The translations under genes were made by a program, and so were the position numbers. Below the pieces are notes generated by a model. That model searched no databases. It was not told the origin of the DNA and worked only from the letters and a program-made list of their open reading frames with translations. Source: an uncultured Pelagibacteraceae bacterium (GTDB lineage: Bacteria > Pseudomonadota > Alphaproteobacteria > Pelagibacterales > Pelagibacteraceae). From it: a DNA stretch of 64,000 bases. This document shows positions 28,569 to 38,319 of this stretch, piece after piece. The DNA lies in NCBI GenBank assembly GCA_902624585.1, contig CACNXU010000001.1, forward strand, positions 7,053 through 71,052, read 5' to 3'. Each line of letters opens with the position of its first letter. Position 1 is the first letter of the stretch.

Positions 28569-29518
28569 CTTCTAACTGGTGTTTCTGTTGCAATATACTG
28601 ATCTCTAGCTTTTTCTCTTACATAAATATAAATTCCAGCTGCTATTATACATGCAACACCGATGAATGTTCTGATAGTTGGTATTTCGTTAAACAAAAAA
28701 TAACCTGGAATCATTGACATTATAATAAGCGAATATTCGAATAGAGATACAACCGAAGGGGAAGCAACTATATATGCTGAAAAAATACAAACAAAAGCTA
28801 TTGATGCTGCAAAACCAAAAAATAAAATAAATTTCCAAGTATATTCAATGTTTGAAAACCATTCTCTAAAAATAAATTGAGTAGTAGGATCAAAATCAGG
28901 ATTGTTAAGTTGACCGCTCCCCATGAAGATAAAAATTATAACACAAAGAATTAGCGCTATAAGATAGAAATAAAAAAGTTGAGTATTAACGTCATCTTTG
29001 TCCGAGGTGTATTTAGTTATTGTCATTGAGGCTGCATAAAAAAATGCACATAGCACTGGTAATAAACTTTTGTAATCAAAATCAGAAAAATTTGGATCTA
29101 AAACAATAAATACACCAATAAAACCAAATACTATTGCTGACCATCTCCTAATGCCAATAAACTCTTTCAAAAAAAATTTTGCAAAAATCGATACAAAAAA
29201 TGGACATGAAAAAAATAAAGCGTTTGCAGTTGCTAAAGGCATATAAGTTAAAGAAATAAAGAATGCAGAAAAGGCTAAAAAGTGAAGAATTACTCTAATA
29301 ATTGTTAAAAATGGGTAATAGGTTTTTAATGAAACTTTTTGACCTCTAAATTTGACATAACCAAAAAGTAAAATTGCAGCAACAAAATATCTTCCAAAGA
29401 AAATTTCATAAAGTGCAGCTTTTTCAAAAATAAATTTGATTAATGAATCTTGCATTGCAAACAAAGTCATTGCTGCAATAATTAAAAGTATTCCCTTTGA
29501 GTTGTTATCAGTGCTCAT
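28565..29518 (-). CDS. DMT/EamA family transporter
   Basis: QDSLIK, LKEFIGIRRW, FEYS, about 10 TM. Confidence 0.85.
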   Translation of the reverse strand: MSTDNNSKGILLIIAAMTLFAMQDSLIKFIFEKAALYEIFFGRYFVAAILLFGYVKFRGQKVSLKTYYPFLTIIRVILHFLAFSAFFISLTYMPLATANALFFSCPFFVSIFAKFFLKEFIGIRRWSAIVFGFIGVFIVLDPNFSDFDYKSLLPVLCAFFYAASMTITKYTSDKDDVNTQLFYFYLIALILCVIIFIFMGSGQLNNPDFDPTTQFIFREWFSNIEYTWKFILFFGFAASIAFVCIFSAYIVASPSVVSLFEYSLIIMSMIPGYFLFNEIPTIRTFIGVACIIAAGIYIYVREKARDQYIATETPVRR

Positions 29519-29558
29519 TATGCACCTATATCAAAAAAAAAATCTCTCGAATATTTAA

Positions 29559-30020
29559 TTATTTCTTCAATTTTGAGGCGAATAGAAGACCTTCTTCTGA
29601 AAATTTTGACTTATTTTCTTCAATAAAGTCTCTCATTAATTTTATTTTATCCTCCTCAAATTCTGTTACTTTCCTTTTGCTTAAATCTATATAAAGCGAT
29701 ATCCATTCCATTGAGGCTGAAAGTTTGTTAGTTTTTTGTGATGTCATTTCCATTTTTAAATGTAGTCTTTTTTTATCATGATCAAAGTAAGTCACTTTAA
29801 TGTTAACTTTTTCACCCTCTTTAACTTCGTTTAAGTACTTAGTATTGGTTTCAACAACCATTGTACTTCTATTATTGTCTTTTGCTGCAGTCCCACCCAT
29901 TTTAAATTTTTCAAGCGCAACTTCCCATGCTTGATCAAATATTAGAACATAATACGCCATGTTCATATGATTGTTGTAATCAACCCATTCCTTTTTGACT
30001 TCGAAAGTTTTTAATAACAC
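29559..30020 (-). CDS. Hot-dog fold acyl-CoA thioesterase (resembles carnitine-pathway CdhB type)
   Basis: EWVDYNNHMNMAYY, DKKRLH; GTG start. Confidence 0.8.
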   Translation of the reverse strand: MLLKTFEVKKEWVDYNNHMNMAYYVLIFDQAWEVALEKFKMGGTAAKDNNRSTMVVETNTKYLNEVKEGEKVNIKVTYFDHDKKRLHLKMEMTSQKTNKLSASMEWISLYIDLSKRKVTEFEEDKIKLMRDFIEENKSKFSEEGLLFASKLKK

Positions 30021-30021
30021 T

Positions 30022-31047
30022 TTAAGATCTTGTTAATGATGACTGTAATTCTTGATTTGAAATGTATCCCTTTACATTCCCGCTTTTATCAACCACTTCA
30101 CAATTTGAGTCAGAACAAACAATTTTTGGTAAAAAATCCTCTATAAATTCTTCCTCATGTACCTTTATTAAATTCGTTTTATCTATATCATTTGATTGAT
30201 CAGCTGTTTTCATTATAATTTTTGCTTTAATTACCTTTGCTCTGTTAACATCTTTTACAAAAGCTTTTACATAATCATCAGCAGGATTCATAATAATTTC
30301 CTCAGGAGTTCCTACTTGAACTAATTTGCCAGAATTTAAAATTCCTATATGATCTCCTAATCTTAGTGACTCATCAAGATCATGAGTTATAAAAACGATT
30401 GTTTTTTTTAATTCAGACTGTAGATCAATTAATTGTTTTTGCATATCACTTCTTATTAATGGGTCTAAAGCACTAAACGCTTCATCCATTAACATAATAT
30501 CAGTATCGGTAGCTAATGCTCTTGCTAAACCAACACGTTGCTGCATACCTCCTGATAATTGGGCAGGGTATTGATTTTCAAAACCAGTTAGACCAACAGC
30601 ATCAATTTTTTCCATTGAAATTTTACTTCTTTCATCTTCAGCTTTCCCTTGCATTTCTAGTCCATAACCAACATTTTGGATTACTGTTTTATGTGGGAAT
30701 AAACCAAATCTTTGAAATACCATGCTCATTTTATGTCTTCTAAATTCAATAAGTTTGTCTTTATCTAGTGACATTACATTTGTACCTTCAACTAAAATTT
30801 CACCATCAGTTGGGTCAATTAATCTATTTAAATGTCTTATTAGAGTTGATTTACCTGATCCTGATAAACCCATACAAACAAATGTTTCACCTTCTTCAAT
30901 TTTGAGTGATACATTATCTAATCCAACTGTATGGCCAGTTTTCTCTAAAATTTCATCTTTTGTCGCTCCATCTTTTACCATTGGAAGTACAGACTGAGGA
31001 TTATTCCCAAAAATTTTATATACGTTGTTGATCTCAATTTTTGACAT
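30022..31047 (-). CDS. Glycine betaine/quaternary amine ABC ATPase (ProV/OpuAA-like)
   Basis: YKIFG, MGLSGSGKST, LSGGMQQRVGLARAL, DEAFSALDPLIR, FITHDLDE. Confidence 0.92.
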   Translation of the reverse strand: MSKIEINNVYKIFGNNPQSVLPMVKDGATKDEILEKTGHTVGLDNVSLKIEEGETFVCMGLSGSGKSTLIRHLNRLIDPTDGEILVEGTNVMSLDKDKLIEFRRHKMSMVFQRFGLFPHKTVIQNVGYGLEMQGKAEDERSKISMEKIDAVGLTGFENQYPAQLSGGMQQRVGLARALATDTDIMLMDEAFSALDPLIRSDMQKQLIDLQSELKKTIVFITHDLDESLRLGDHIGILNSGKLVQVGTPEEIIMNPADDYVKAFVKDVNRAKVIKAKIIMKTADQSNDIDKTNLIKVHEEEFIEDFLPKIVCSDSNCEVVDKSGNVKGYISNQELQSSLTRS

Positions 31048-31172
31048 TGAGTAATGTTCTAGCAGTTACAATGATGATATGTAAAACAAATATTATACAA
31101 CTTATAATTGTTTTGATAAATTTAGACTGTATTTATTTGATTTTAACTAATTTTTAAATAAAAATTTTGTTT

Positions 31173-31904
31173 ATGTCTCAAACAGATAAAGATGTGCGAC
31201 TTGAGCTATCAGCTCTATATAGAATTTTACATATGTACGGAATGACTGATTTAGCAAATCAATGTGCGGGCGCTAGATCCGTTGAAGACAAAAATTGTTC
31301 TTTTGTTCACCCTTATGGAATGTTTTATGAAGAAATAACTGCCTCATCTTTGGTTAAGATTGATCAAAATGGAAAAAAATTAGACGCGGACGGACCTTGG
31401 TTAAATGATGGATGTATTAATCTTGCGCAATGGATTTTTAATAAAAGAAATGATGTAAATTTTTATGTGCATGGACATGCCAATGATGTGATGGCTGTTG
31501 GTGGCACCAAAGAAGGATTGATGTATCTTTCACAAGCTGCGGTATATTTAAATCATCTTATTGGATATATAGATTATGAATTTGTTGAGGATAAGGATTT
31601 TGGTAATAAATTTGAAAACTTAATTAGTAAACATGATATTTTAATCACAAGAAATCATGGATATTACACAGTTGGCAAAACTGCCTCAGAAGCTTTTTTC
31701 AGAGCATATTATTTAGAGCAAGCATGCTCTGTTCAAGTAAAAAACCTTTCTATGGGTTTAAACAAACATGAAATAGATAATCAAAAAGCTGCTTATTTTT
31801 GGGAAAATATGAGTGACTCTGATGACTATAATTATGATGGAAAAACAGAGTGGGCTGCGTTATTAAGAAAATTGGAAAGAGAACATTCAAATTACAAAAA
31901 CTAA
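31173..31904 (+). CDS. Class II aldolase/adducin family protein
   Basis: PYGMFYEEITASSLVKID, HGH, RNHG, LEQACSVQ, W(AAL)LRKL. Confidence 0.85.
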   Translation: MSQTDKDVRLELSALYRILHMYGMTDLANQCAGARSVEDKNCSFVHPYGMFYEEITASSLVKIDQNGKKLDADGPWLNDGCINLAQWIFNKRNDVNFYVHGHANDVMAVGGTKEGLMYLSQAAVYLNHLIGYIDYEFVEDKDFGNKFENLISKHDILITRNHGYYTVGKTASEAFFRAYYLEQACSVQVKNLSMGLNKHEIDNQKAAYFWENMSDSDDYNYDGKTEWAALLRKLEREHSNYKN

Positions 31905-33055
31905 TGGAACAAAATTTCACAATAAAAAATGTAACTAAAAATTCTACAAACTTAGAAGTTGACTGGAGCGATGGAAAAAAAAGTAAATTTAATTATTTAT
32001 GGTTAAGAGACAATTGTCCTACTGCACATGATAAAGACTCCCGACATAGAATGTTTAATATTTTAAAAGTATCGAAAAATATTAATCCAAAAAAATTTGC
32101 AGTAAATAATGAAGGTAAGCTGGAAATTGAATGGAGTGAGGGAGATCACATAAGTTATTATGATCAAAATTGGTTAAGAGAAAACTGCTATACTATTAAA
32201 AATAATTTAGAATATAAATCACCGTATCGACTTTGGAACAACTCTTTACAAAATGACTTTAAGTCAATCGAGATTGAACATGATGAAATTATGAATTCAG
32301 ATGAGGGCCTTGTCAGATGGTTAGAGCTGTTACATCATACTGGAATTGCTATAGTAAAAAATGCCCCAACTGAAAATAATTCTGGCTTTAAAATTTTAAA
32401 TAGAATTAGTCATACTAGAGAAACTTTTTTTAAAACACCTTTTGAAGTAATTAACATTCCTAAACCAAACAATTCTGCATACACAGCACATGCCTTAAGA
32501 AACCATATGGATTTACCGTGGTTTGAAACACCACCTGGCTATCAATTTCTTCACTGCTTAGTTAATTCTGCAACTGGCGGGGATTCATCTGCTGTAGACG
32601 GCTTTGCAGTTGCAGATTATTTGAGAAATAATGAAACAGAAATATTTGATACGTTAGTAAATGTTCATTTGAAATTTAGAGATATGGATTACACACAAGA
32701 GTCTGTCCGGAGTTACTATGCACCTGCAATATCATTAACAAAAGACAAAGATTATCATGACATTCGATTTAGTGTTGCAACAATGGATGCTTTAGATTGC
32801 CATCCTGATTTGATGGATAAAGTTTATAAAGCTCATCATCGATTTGGAAATTTGCTTCATGATGACAAATTTCAAATTAAATTCAGACTAGGACCAGGGG
32901 ATATTTTTTCTTTCAATAACAGACGTTTATTACATGGTAGAACTGAATTTGATCCAAATTCAGGGCATAGACATTTGCAAGGCTATTATATGGATCGAGA
33001 TGAAATTATTGGAAGACTAAAATATTTAAAAAGCTTGGTTAATTCCAACCAGTAA
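31904..33055 (+). CDS. Gamma-butyrobetaine/trimethyllysine dioxygenase family (GBBH N-terminal domain + TauD/TfdA)
   Basis: WLRDNC, IEWSEGDHISYY, NSAYT, HMD, LHCL, VDGF, NNRRLLHGR; ATG overlaps upstream TAA. Confidence 0.88.
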   Translation: MEQNFTIKNVTKNSTNLEVDWSDGKKSKFNYLWLRDNCPTAHDKDSRHRMFNILKVSKNINPKKFAVNNEGKLEIEWSEGDHISYYDQNWLRENCYTIKNNLEYKSPYRLWNNSLQNDFKSIEIEHDEIMNSDEGLVRWLELLHHTGIAIVKNAPTENNSGFKILNRISHTRETFFKTPFEVINIPKPNNSAYTAHALRNHMDLPWFETPPGYQFLHCLVNSATGGDSSAVDGFAVADYLRNNETEIFDTLVNVHLKFRDMDYTQESVRSYYAPAISLTKDKDYHDIRFSVATMDALDCHPDLMDKVYKAHHRFGNLLHDDKFQIKFRLGPGDIFSFNNRRLLHGRTEFDPNSGHRHLQGYYMDRDEIIGRLKYLKSLVNSNQ

Positions 33056-34469
33056 CATTCTTTATTTCAAGATATTCTTCAAGACCCCAAACACCTCCTT
33101 CTCTTCCATTACCTGATTGTCTGTAACCACCAAATGGAGTTCCTGCATCTGCTCCGTTGCCATTAATATAAACACAGCCTGATCTTAATTTTTTTGCTAC
33201 ACGATGTGCTTTTTTTCTATCTTCAGTTTGTAAATAATTTCCGAGACCATAAGAAGTATCGTTTACAATATTGACTGCCTCATCTTCTGTTTCAAATGGA
33301 ATTATAGATAACACAGGTCCAAAAATTTCTTCTTTAGCAATTCTCATTTCATTAGTTACATCTGTAAATATAGTTGGTTTAATAAAATATCCTTTGTTCA
33401 AACCATTTGGTAACTCGGGTCCACCTGCTGCAAGAGTTGCACCTTCAGAAATTCCGCTTTCAATAAGATTTATAATTTTATCATATTGAGCTTTAGAGAT
33501 TACAGGTCCTATATGATCTCCTTTTTTTGAAGCTTGATCTACTTTAATTTTGTTTGCTTCGTCTACTGCTTCTTTAACAGCTCTTTCATAAATTGATTTC
33601 TCAACAAGCATTCTTGTTGGTGCATCACAAGATTGACCAGAATTACTCATTACATTTCTAATACCATCTCTTACTGCATCTTTATAACTATCAGCAAAAA
33701 CAATGTTGCCCCCTTTACCACCTAATTCAAGACAAACTCTTTTGATTGTTTCTGCAGCGTTTTTTGAAATTAATCTTCCTGCCCTTGTTGAACCTGTGAA
33801 AGAAACCATATCAATATCAGGGTGGCTTGAAATATCAGTTCCTACTCCTGCACCATCTCCATTTATTAAATTAAATACTCCTTTTGGAAAACCTACTTCA
33901 TCAATCATTTCAGCAAATAACATTCCAGAAATAGGAGCAATCTCTGAAGGTTTTAAAATCATTGTACATCCAGTTGCGAATGCAGGAATAACTTTTAAAG
34001 CAATTTGATTGATTGGCCAATTCCATGGTGTGATTAATCCACAAACTCCAATTGGCTCATAATAGATATGATTGTTAGATTTATTATCAAAATGTTCATC
34101 AAATTTAAAATTTTTTAATCTTAAAACAAAATCATCTAAATGATCTCTCCCTGACGCCGTTTGAACATTCGTTGACCAATCTATTGGAGCACCCATTTCT
34201 AAAGAAATAGCCTCAGCCATTTCATTAAATCTTTTTTTATAAACTGATGACAACTTTTCTAGCAAACTAAGCCTTTCTTCCTTGCTAGTTTCTTTCCATG
34301 TATTAAAGGCATTTTTTGCTGATTTAACAGCTAAGTTTGTATCTTCTTTTGAACCTAAAGAAATAACAGCAAACGGGTCCTCATTGCACGGATTAATTAC
34401 TTCAAAATCATTTTTTTTAATTGGATCAACCCACTGACCATTTATGTAAAATTTTCTTCTATCTAACAT
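33039..34469 (-). CDS. Aldehyde dehydrogenase
   Basis: LITPWNWP, FTGSTRAG, LELGGK, NSGQSCDAPTR, EEIFGPV. Confidence 0.92.
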   Translation of the reverse strand: MLDRRKFYINGQWVDPIKKNDFEVINPCNEDPFAVISLGSKEDTNLAVKSAKNAFNTWKETSKEERLSLLEKLSSVYKKRFNEMAEAISLEMGAPIDWSTNVQTASGRDHLDDFVLRLKNFKFDEHFDNKSNNHIYYEPIGVCGLITPWNWPINQIALKVIPAFATGCTMILKPSEIAPISGMLFAEMIDEVGFPKGVFNLINGDGAGVGTDISSHPDIDMVSFTGSTRAGRLISKNAAETIKRVCLELGGKGGNIVFADSYKDAVRDGIRNVMSNSGQSCDAPTRMLVEKSIYERAVKEAVDEANKIKVDQASKKGDHIGPVISKAQYDKIINLIESGISEGATLAAGGPELPNGLNKGYFIKPTIFTDVTNEMRIAKEEIFGPVLSIIPFETEDEAVNIVNDTSYGLGNYLQTEDRKKAHRVAKKLRSGCVYINGNGADAGTPFGGYRQSGNGREGGVWGLEEYLEIKNVTGWN

Positions 34470-34489
34470 TTTTTATTTTAACACATTAA

Positions 34490-35431
34490 TTAAATTTCAT
34501 ATCCTTTTTCCTCAGGTTCATTATCAACTAACTCATCAGGAAAACCATTAGCTCTAAAATTAATATTATTTAAATCCTCCATCCTTTTCACAATCATTGA
34601 TGACCACGCTCTAGAACCATATTTTTTTTGACCATCTTTAAAAATTTCAACTATTTGTGGAGAAATTTCTAAAGGAGCATTCAGTTTTTTTGCAAGGTTA
34701 TCAAATAGACTTGTGTCTTTTAAAACCAAATCCATTGTAAAATTTATATTGTAAGATCCATTTAATATAACCTGGCTTTCTGTTTCATGCACAAAAGAAT
34801 TACCAGAAGAAATAGCAATTCCTTTATAAGTTTTTGCCAGCTCCAAATTAGATTTTTTTGCAACTGTCCAAGCCTCACCTAGTGCAACTAAATTTACAGA
34901 TGCTAGATAATTTGTAATCACTTTTAATATACTTGCTGTACCAAGCTCACCAGTGTGCAGTATTTTTCTTCCCATAACAGTCAATGCAGGTAAAATTTTT
35001 TCAAATGCTTTTCTTTCTCCACCAACAAATATAGCAATATTGCCTGTAGCTGCTCTATGACATCCACCACTAACAGGCCCATCCATTGGTATAGCTTTTT
35101 TAGCAATTACTTTCTCTCCAAGTCTTTTTACTTCATTTTTGTCTGTAGTACTCATTTCTAACCAAATTTTATTTTCTGAGAGACCATTTAAAATTCCATC
35201 GTCAGCCTCCATTACTTCAGCAGATACTTCAGGGGATGGAAGAGAAGTAATTATTAAATCACTCTGTTCTGCTAATTCTTTTGGGGATTTTGCAACTTTA
35301 GCACCTAAGTCTTTCAAAGAATTTGTTAAACTTTCATCTAAATCTCTTACTGTAAGATCAAAGTTATTTCTTAATAAACTTCCAGCAAGTTTTCCTCCAA
35401 CATTACCTAAACCGATAAATCCAATTTTCAT
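34490..35431 (-). CDS. NAD(P)-dependent beta-hydroxyacid dehydrogenase family protein
   Basis: GFIGLGNVG, EMSTT, DGPVSGG, LKVITNY. Confidence 0.85.
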   Translation of the reverse strand: MKIGFIGLGNVGGKLAGSLLRNNFDLTVRDLDESLTNSLKDLGAKVAKSPKELAEQSDLIITSLPSPEVSAEVMEADDGILNGLSENKIWLEMSTTDKNEVKRLGEKVIAKKAIPMDGPVSGGCHRAATGNIAIFVGGERKAFEKILPALTVMGRKILHTGELGTASILKVITNYLASVNLVALGEAWTVAKKSNLELAKTYKGIAISSGNSFVHETESQVILNGSYNINFTMDLVLKDTSLFDNLAKKLNAPLEISPQIVEIFKDGQKKYGSRAWSSMIVKRMEDLNNINFRANGFPDELVDNEPEEKGYEI

Positions 35432-36300
35432 TTTATTTCCTCTTCTTTTTTGTTTTTTGTAAATACAATTAAAATCACACCAACTATGATTATTGCACCA
35501 CCTATAAATAATTCTGCCGTTGGTTTTTCACCTAAAAGAAAAATAGCAGCTAGTAAACCAGTTGGTGGTATCCCCATAGTTACGATAGGAAGTACTTTAT
35601 AAAGTGGGTTGTTTTTTAAAACATAATAGAAACAACCGTATGTAATTGGCTGCATGATAAAACCAATATAAATAGCAATAATCCAATGATCAAATTTTGC
35701 ATTTGTTAGATAATTAATTGTATTTCCATCAATTATTGCAGATAGTATTACTAATATTGGTCCAGAGAATAATGCTAACCAAGCAACTAAAGATAAAGGA
35801 TTTATTTCCTTACTTAAAGGTTTAACCATAACTTGTCCAAGAGCCCATATAGCAGAGCCTAAAATTGTAAGTCCAATTCCTATAAACTTTCCATCTAAGT
35901 TAGGAGATCCAGTTAAAATATAAACACCAACAAATGCAACAGCTATACCTATTAAAGCTCTGATAGTTGGTTTCTCCTTAAGCATGAAGTAAGCAAAAAT
36001 AACTCCAAACGGAACTTCCATCTGAACCAAAAGAACTGCCGAGGATGCATCAATTAAATCTAAACCAGTATATGTAATACTATATTGCAACGTATTAGCG
36101 ACTAATGATGCAGCAAAAATTCTTTTTAAATATCCTTTTGGAATTGGAAACCACCAAATTAACAATGAAGCAGCAAATGTAAATCTGATACCCATTAAAA
36201 GAATAGGGGGAAAAGATTCAAATGCTGGTTTAGCTATTACAAAACCAAAGCCTAAAAAAATAGGCACTAAGGACGCTACGAAAGTATCTTTTATATTCAT
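35428..36300 (-). CDS. DMT/EamA family transporter
   Basis: PPILLMGIRF, VQMEVPF, LGEKPT; about 10 TM. Confidence 0.85.
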   Translation of the reverse strand: MNIKDTFVASLVPIFLGFGFVIAKPAFESFPPILLMGIRFTFAASLLIWWFPIPKGYLKRIFAASLVANTLQYSITYTGLDLIDASSAVLLVQMEVPFGVIFAYFMLKEKPTIRALIGIAVAFVGVYILTGSPNLDGKFIGIGLTILGSAIWALGQVMVKPLSKEINPLSLVAWLALFSGPILVILSAIIDGNTINYLTNAKFDHWIIAIYIGFIMQPITYGCFYYVLKNNPLYKVLPIVTMGIPPTGLLAAIFLLGEKPTAELFIGGAIIIVGVILIVFTKNKKEEEIK

Positions 36301-36358
36301 ACCTACTTTTTATATTAATGATTATTAAAGAACTTCTGATATATTCACCTTTTAAAAT

Positions 36359-37105
36359 ATGAATTCAACAAAAATAGATCCCAAATATATTACCAAATCA
36401 AATCCAAGAATTGGACTTATTGCGCTTGCAAGCGATTTTATGATTGAAAGAGATTTTATCAATGTAATTAAAGATAGAGAAGTCGATTTCTTTGTAAATC
36501 GTATCGAATGCTATAACCCACTAACAAAAGAAAATTTGATCAAAATGTCAAACAAAGTAACTGAGGTAACAAAAGATATATTACCTGATCAGGATATCGA
36601 TTGTGTTGTTTATGGCTGTACATCTGGAACAATAGCTGCAGGCTACGAGTCTATTGAGAAAAAAGTAAAAGCTGCAAAACCTATGGCTGAAGTGACAACT
36701 CCAAGTACTGCTGCAATCAAAGCTTTAAAGAAATTAAATATAAATAAAATAAGTCTATTTACACCTTATAGTAAAAAACTTAACGATGAGGTCTTAAAAT
36801 ATTTTAAAGAGGAAGGATTTGAAGTTACGTCAAATTCTTACTTTGATATAGAAGCTGATTACGATATCGGAAAAGTTGATCAAAATTATTTGTATAATGT
36901 TTTATCTGAAATAGATTTAAACGGGGCAGAGGCACTCTTTGTTTCTTGTACCGCTTTACCAGTATTACCAATAATTGAAAAATTAGAGAAAAAATTAAAT
37001 ACTACAGTTTTATCTAGCAATCAGGCATTAATTTGGGATACGCTTGTTAAAATAAATAAAAATAATTCAGTGGAAGGTTTTGGAAAATTATTTAAAGAAA
37101 ATTAA
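36359..37105 (+). CDS. eutA: Asp/Glu racemase / maleate isomerase family protein (EutA-like)
   Basis: IGLIALASD, YGCTSG, TPY, FVSCTAL, SSNQA. Confidence 0.75.
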   Translation: MNSTKIDPKYITKSNPRIGLIALASDFMIERDFINVIKDREVDFFVNRIECYNPLTKENLIKMSNKVTEVTKDILPDQDIDCVVYGCTSGTIAAGYESIEKKVKAAKPMAEVTTPSTAAIKALKKLNINKISLFTPYSKKLNDEVLKYFKEEGFEVTSNSYFDIEADYDIGKVDQNYLYNVLSEIDLNGAEALFVSCTALPVLPIIEKLEKKLNTTVLSSNQALIWDTLVKINKNNSVEGFGKLFKEN

Positions 37106-38274
37106 TGCTGTTCACAAAAGAAGAATATAAGAAAAGATTAAAAAAAGTTAAGAAGATGATGCAAGAAAAAGGCATCGAGCTTTTAATCTCACATGACACC
37201 AACAATATGAATTACTTAACAGGCTATGATGCCTGGTCTTTTTATTACGCACAATGTGCAATTGTACATATAGATGAGGACGAGCCTTTATGCTTTGTTA
37301 GAGCCCAAGATGCAGGTGGTGCATATATTAAAACTTATTTGAAAGATGAAAATATCTTAGTTTATGACGAAAATTATATTCATAAGTGGCCAAAACATCC
37401 TTATGATAACTTAGTTGAGATAATAAAAGAGAGAAAATGGGATAAGGTATGCATTGGTCTAGAAATGGATGCACATTACTTTACTGCATTTTGTTATGAA
37501 AAAATAAAACAGGGATTACCTAATGCAAAGATTAAAGATAGTGATCGATTAGTTAATTGGGCAAGATTAGTAAAATCGGATGCTGAAATAGGTTTTATGA
37601 AATCTGCAGCAAAGATTTCTGAAAAAGGAATGAAAACCGCTATGGAAGTTATTAAACCAGGTGTAAGACAGTGTGATGCAGTAGGTGAAATTCAAAAAAC
37701 TTTATTTTACGGGACAGAGGAATTTGGAGGGGAGTATTCTAGTATTGCAACTTTACTTCCAACAGGAAAAGGCACTTCAGCTTCACATTTAACAGCAACT
37801 CAAGATAAATTTGTAGAAGGTGAGGCTACAATTATTGAGTTATCTGGGGTTTATAAAAGATATCATGCTCCAATGGCAAGAACAGTTCTGCTTGGAAAGC
37901 CTAATCAATTAAAGATTGATACGATGAACAAAACAATAGAAGCTTTAAACGCAGGTATAACCAAGATTAAACCTGGAAATACAGCAGATGATGTTGCTCA
38001 AGCTTTCTGGAAAATATTAGATAAATATGGAATAGAAAAAAAATCTAGAACAGGTTATTCAATTGGAATTGGTTATCCTCCTGATTGGGGTGAGCACACA
38101 CTTAATATTTATAAGGGAGATATGACAGTTCTAGAACCTAATATTTGTTTTCATATGATAGCTGTAATGCAATTTGGTGATTGGGGTGTTGAAGCCTCTG
38201 AAGCTATAAGAGTTACAGAGAATGGATCAGAATTGTTTTGTAATTTTCCAAAAGAGCTTCATATTAAGAGTTAA
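37105..38274 (+). CDS. doeA: M24-fold ectoine hydrolase-like protein (DoeA/EutD)
   Basis: NYLTGYDAWSFY, LVNWARLVKS, SASHLT, RYHAPMART, RTGYSIGIGYPPDWGEH. Confidence 0.8.
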   Translation: MLFTKEEYKKRLKKVKKMMQEKGIELLISHDTNNMNYLTGYDAWSFYYAQCAIVHIDEDEPLCFVRAQDAGGAYIKTYLKDENILVYDENYIHKWPKHPYDNLVEIIKERKWDKVCIGLEMDAHYFTAFCYEKIKQGLPNAKIKDSDRLVNWARLVKSDAEIGFMKSAAKISEKGMKTAMEVIKPGVRQCDAVGEIQKTLFYGTEEFGGEYSSIATLLPTGKGTSASHLTATQDKFVEGEATIIELSGVYKRYHAPMARTVLLGKPNQLKIDTMNKTIEALNAGITKIKPGNTADDVAQAFWKILDKYGIEKKSRTGYSIGIGYPPDWGEHTLNIYKGDMTVLEPNICFHMIAVMQFGDWGVEASEAIRVTENGSELFCNFPKELHIKS

Positions 38275-38319
38275 TTAGCTATTGAAATCTATTTATACAA
38301 ATGTTTTATATGCATCTTT

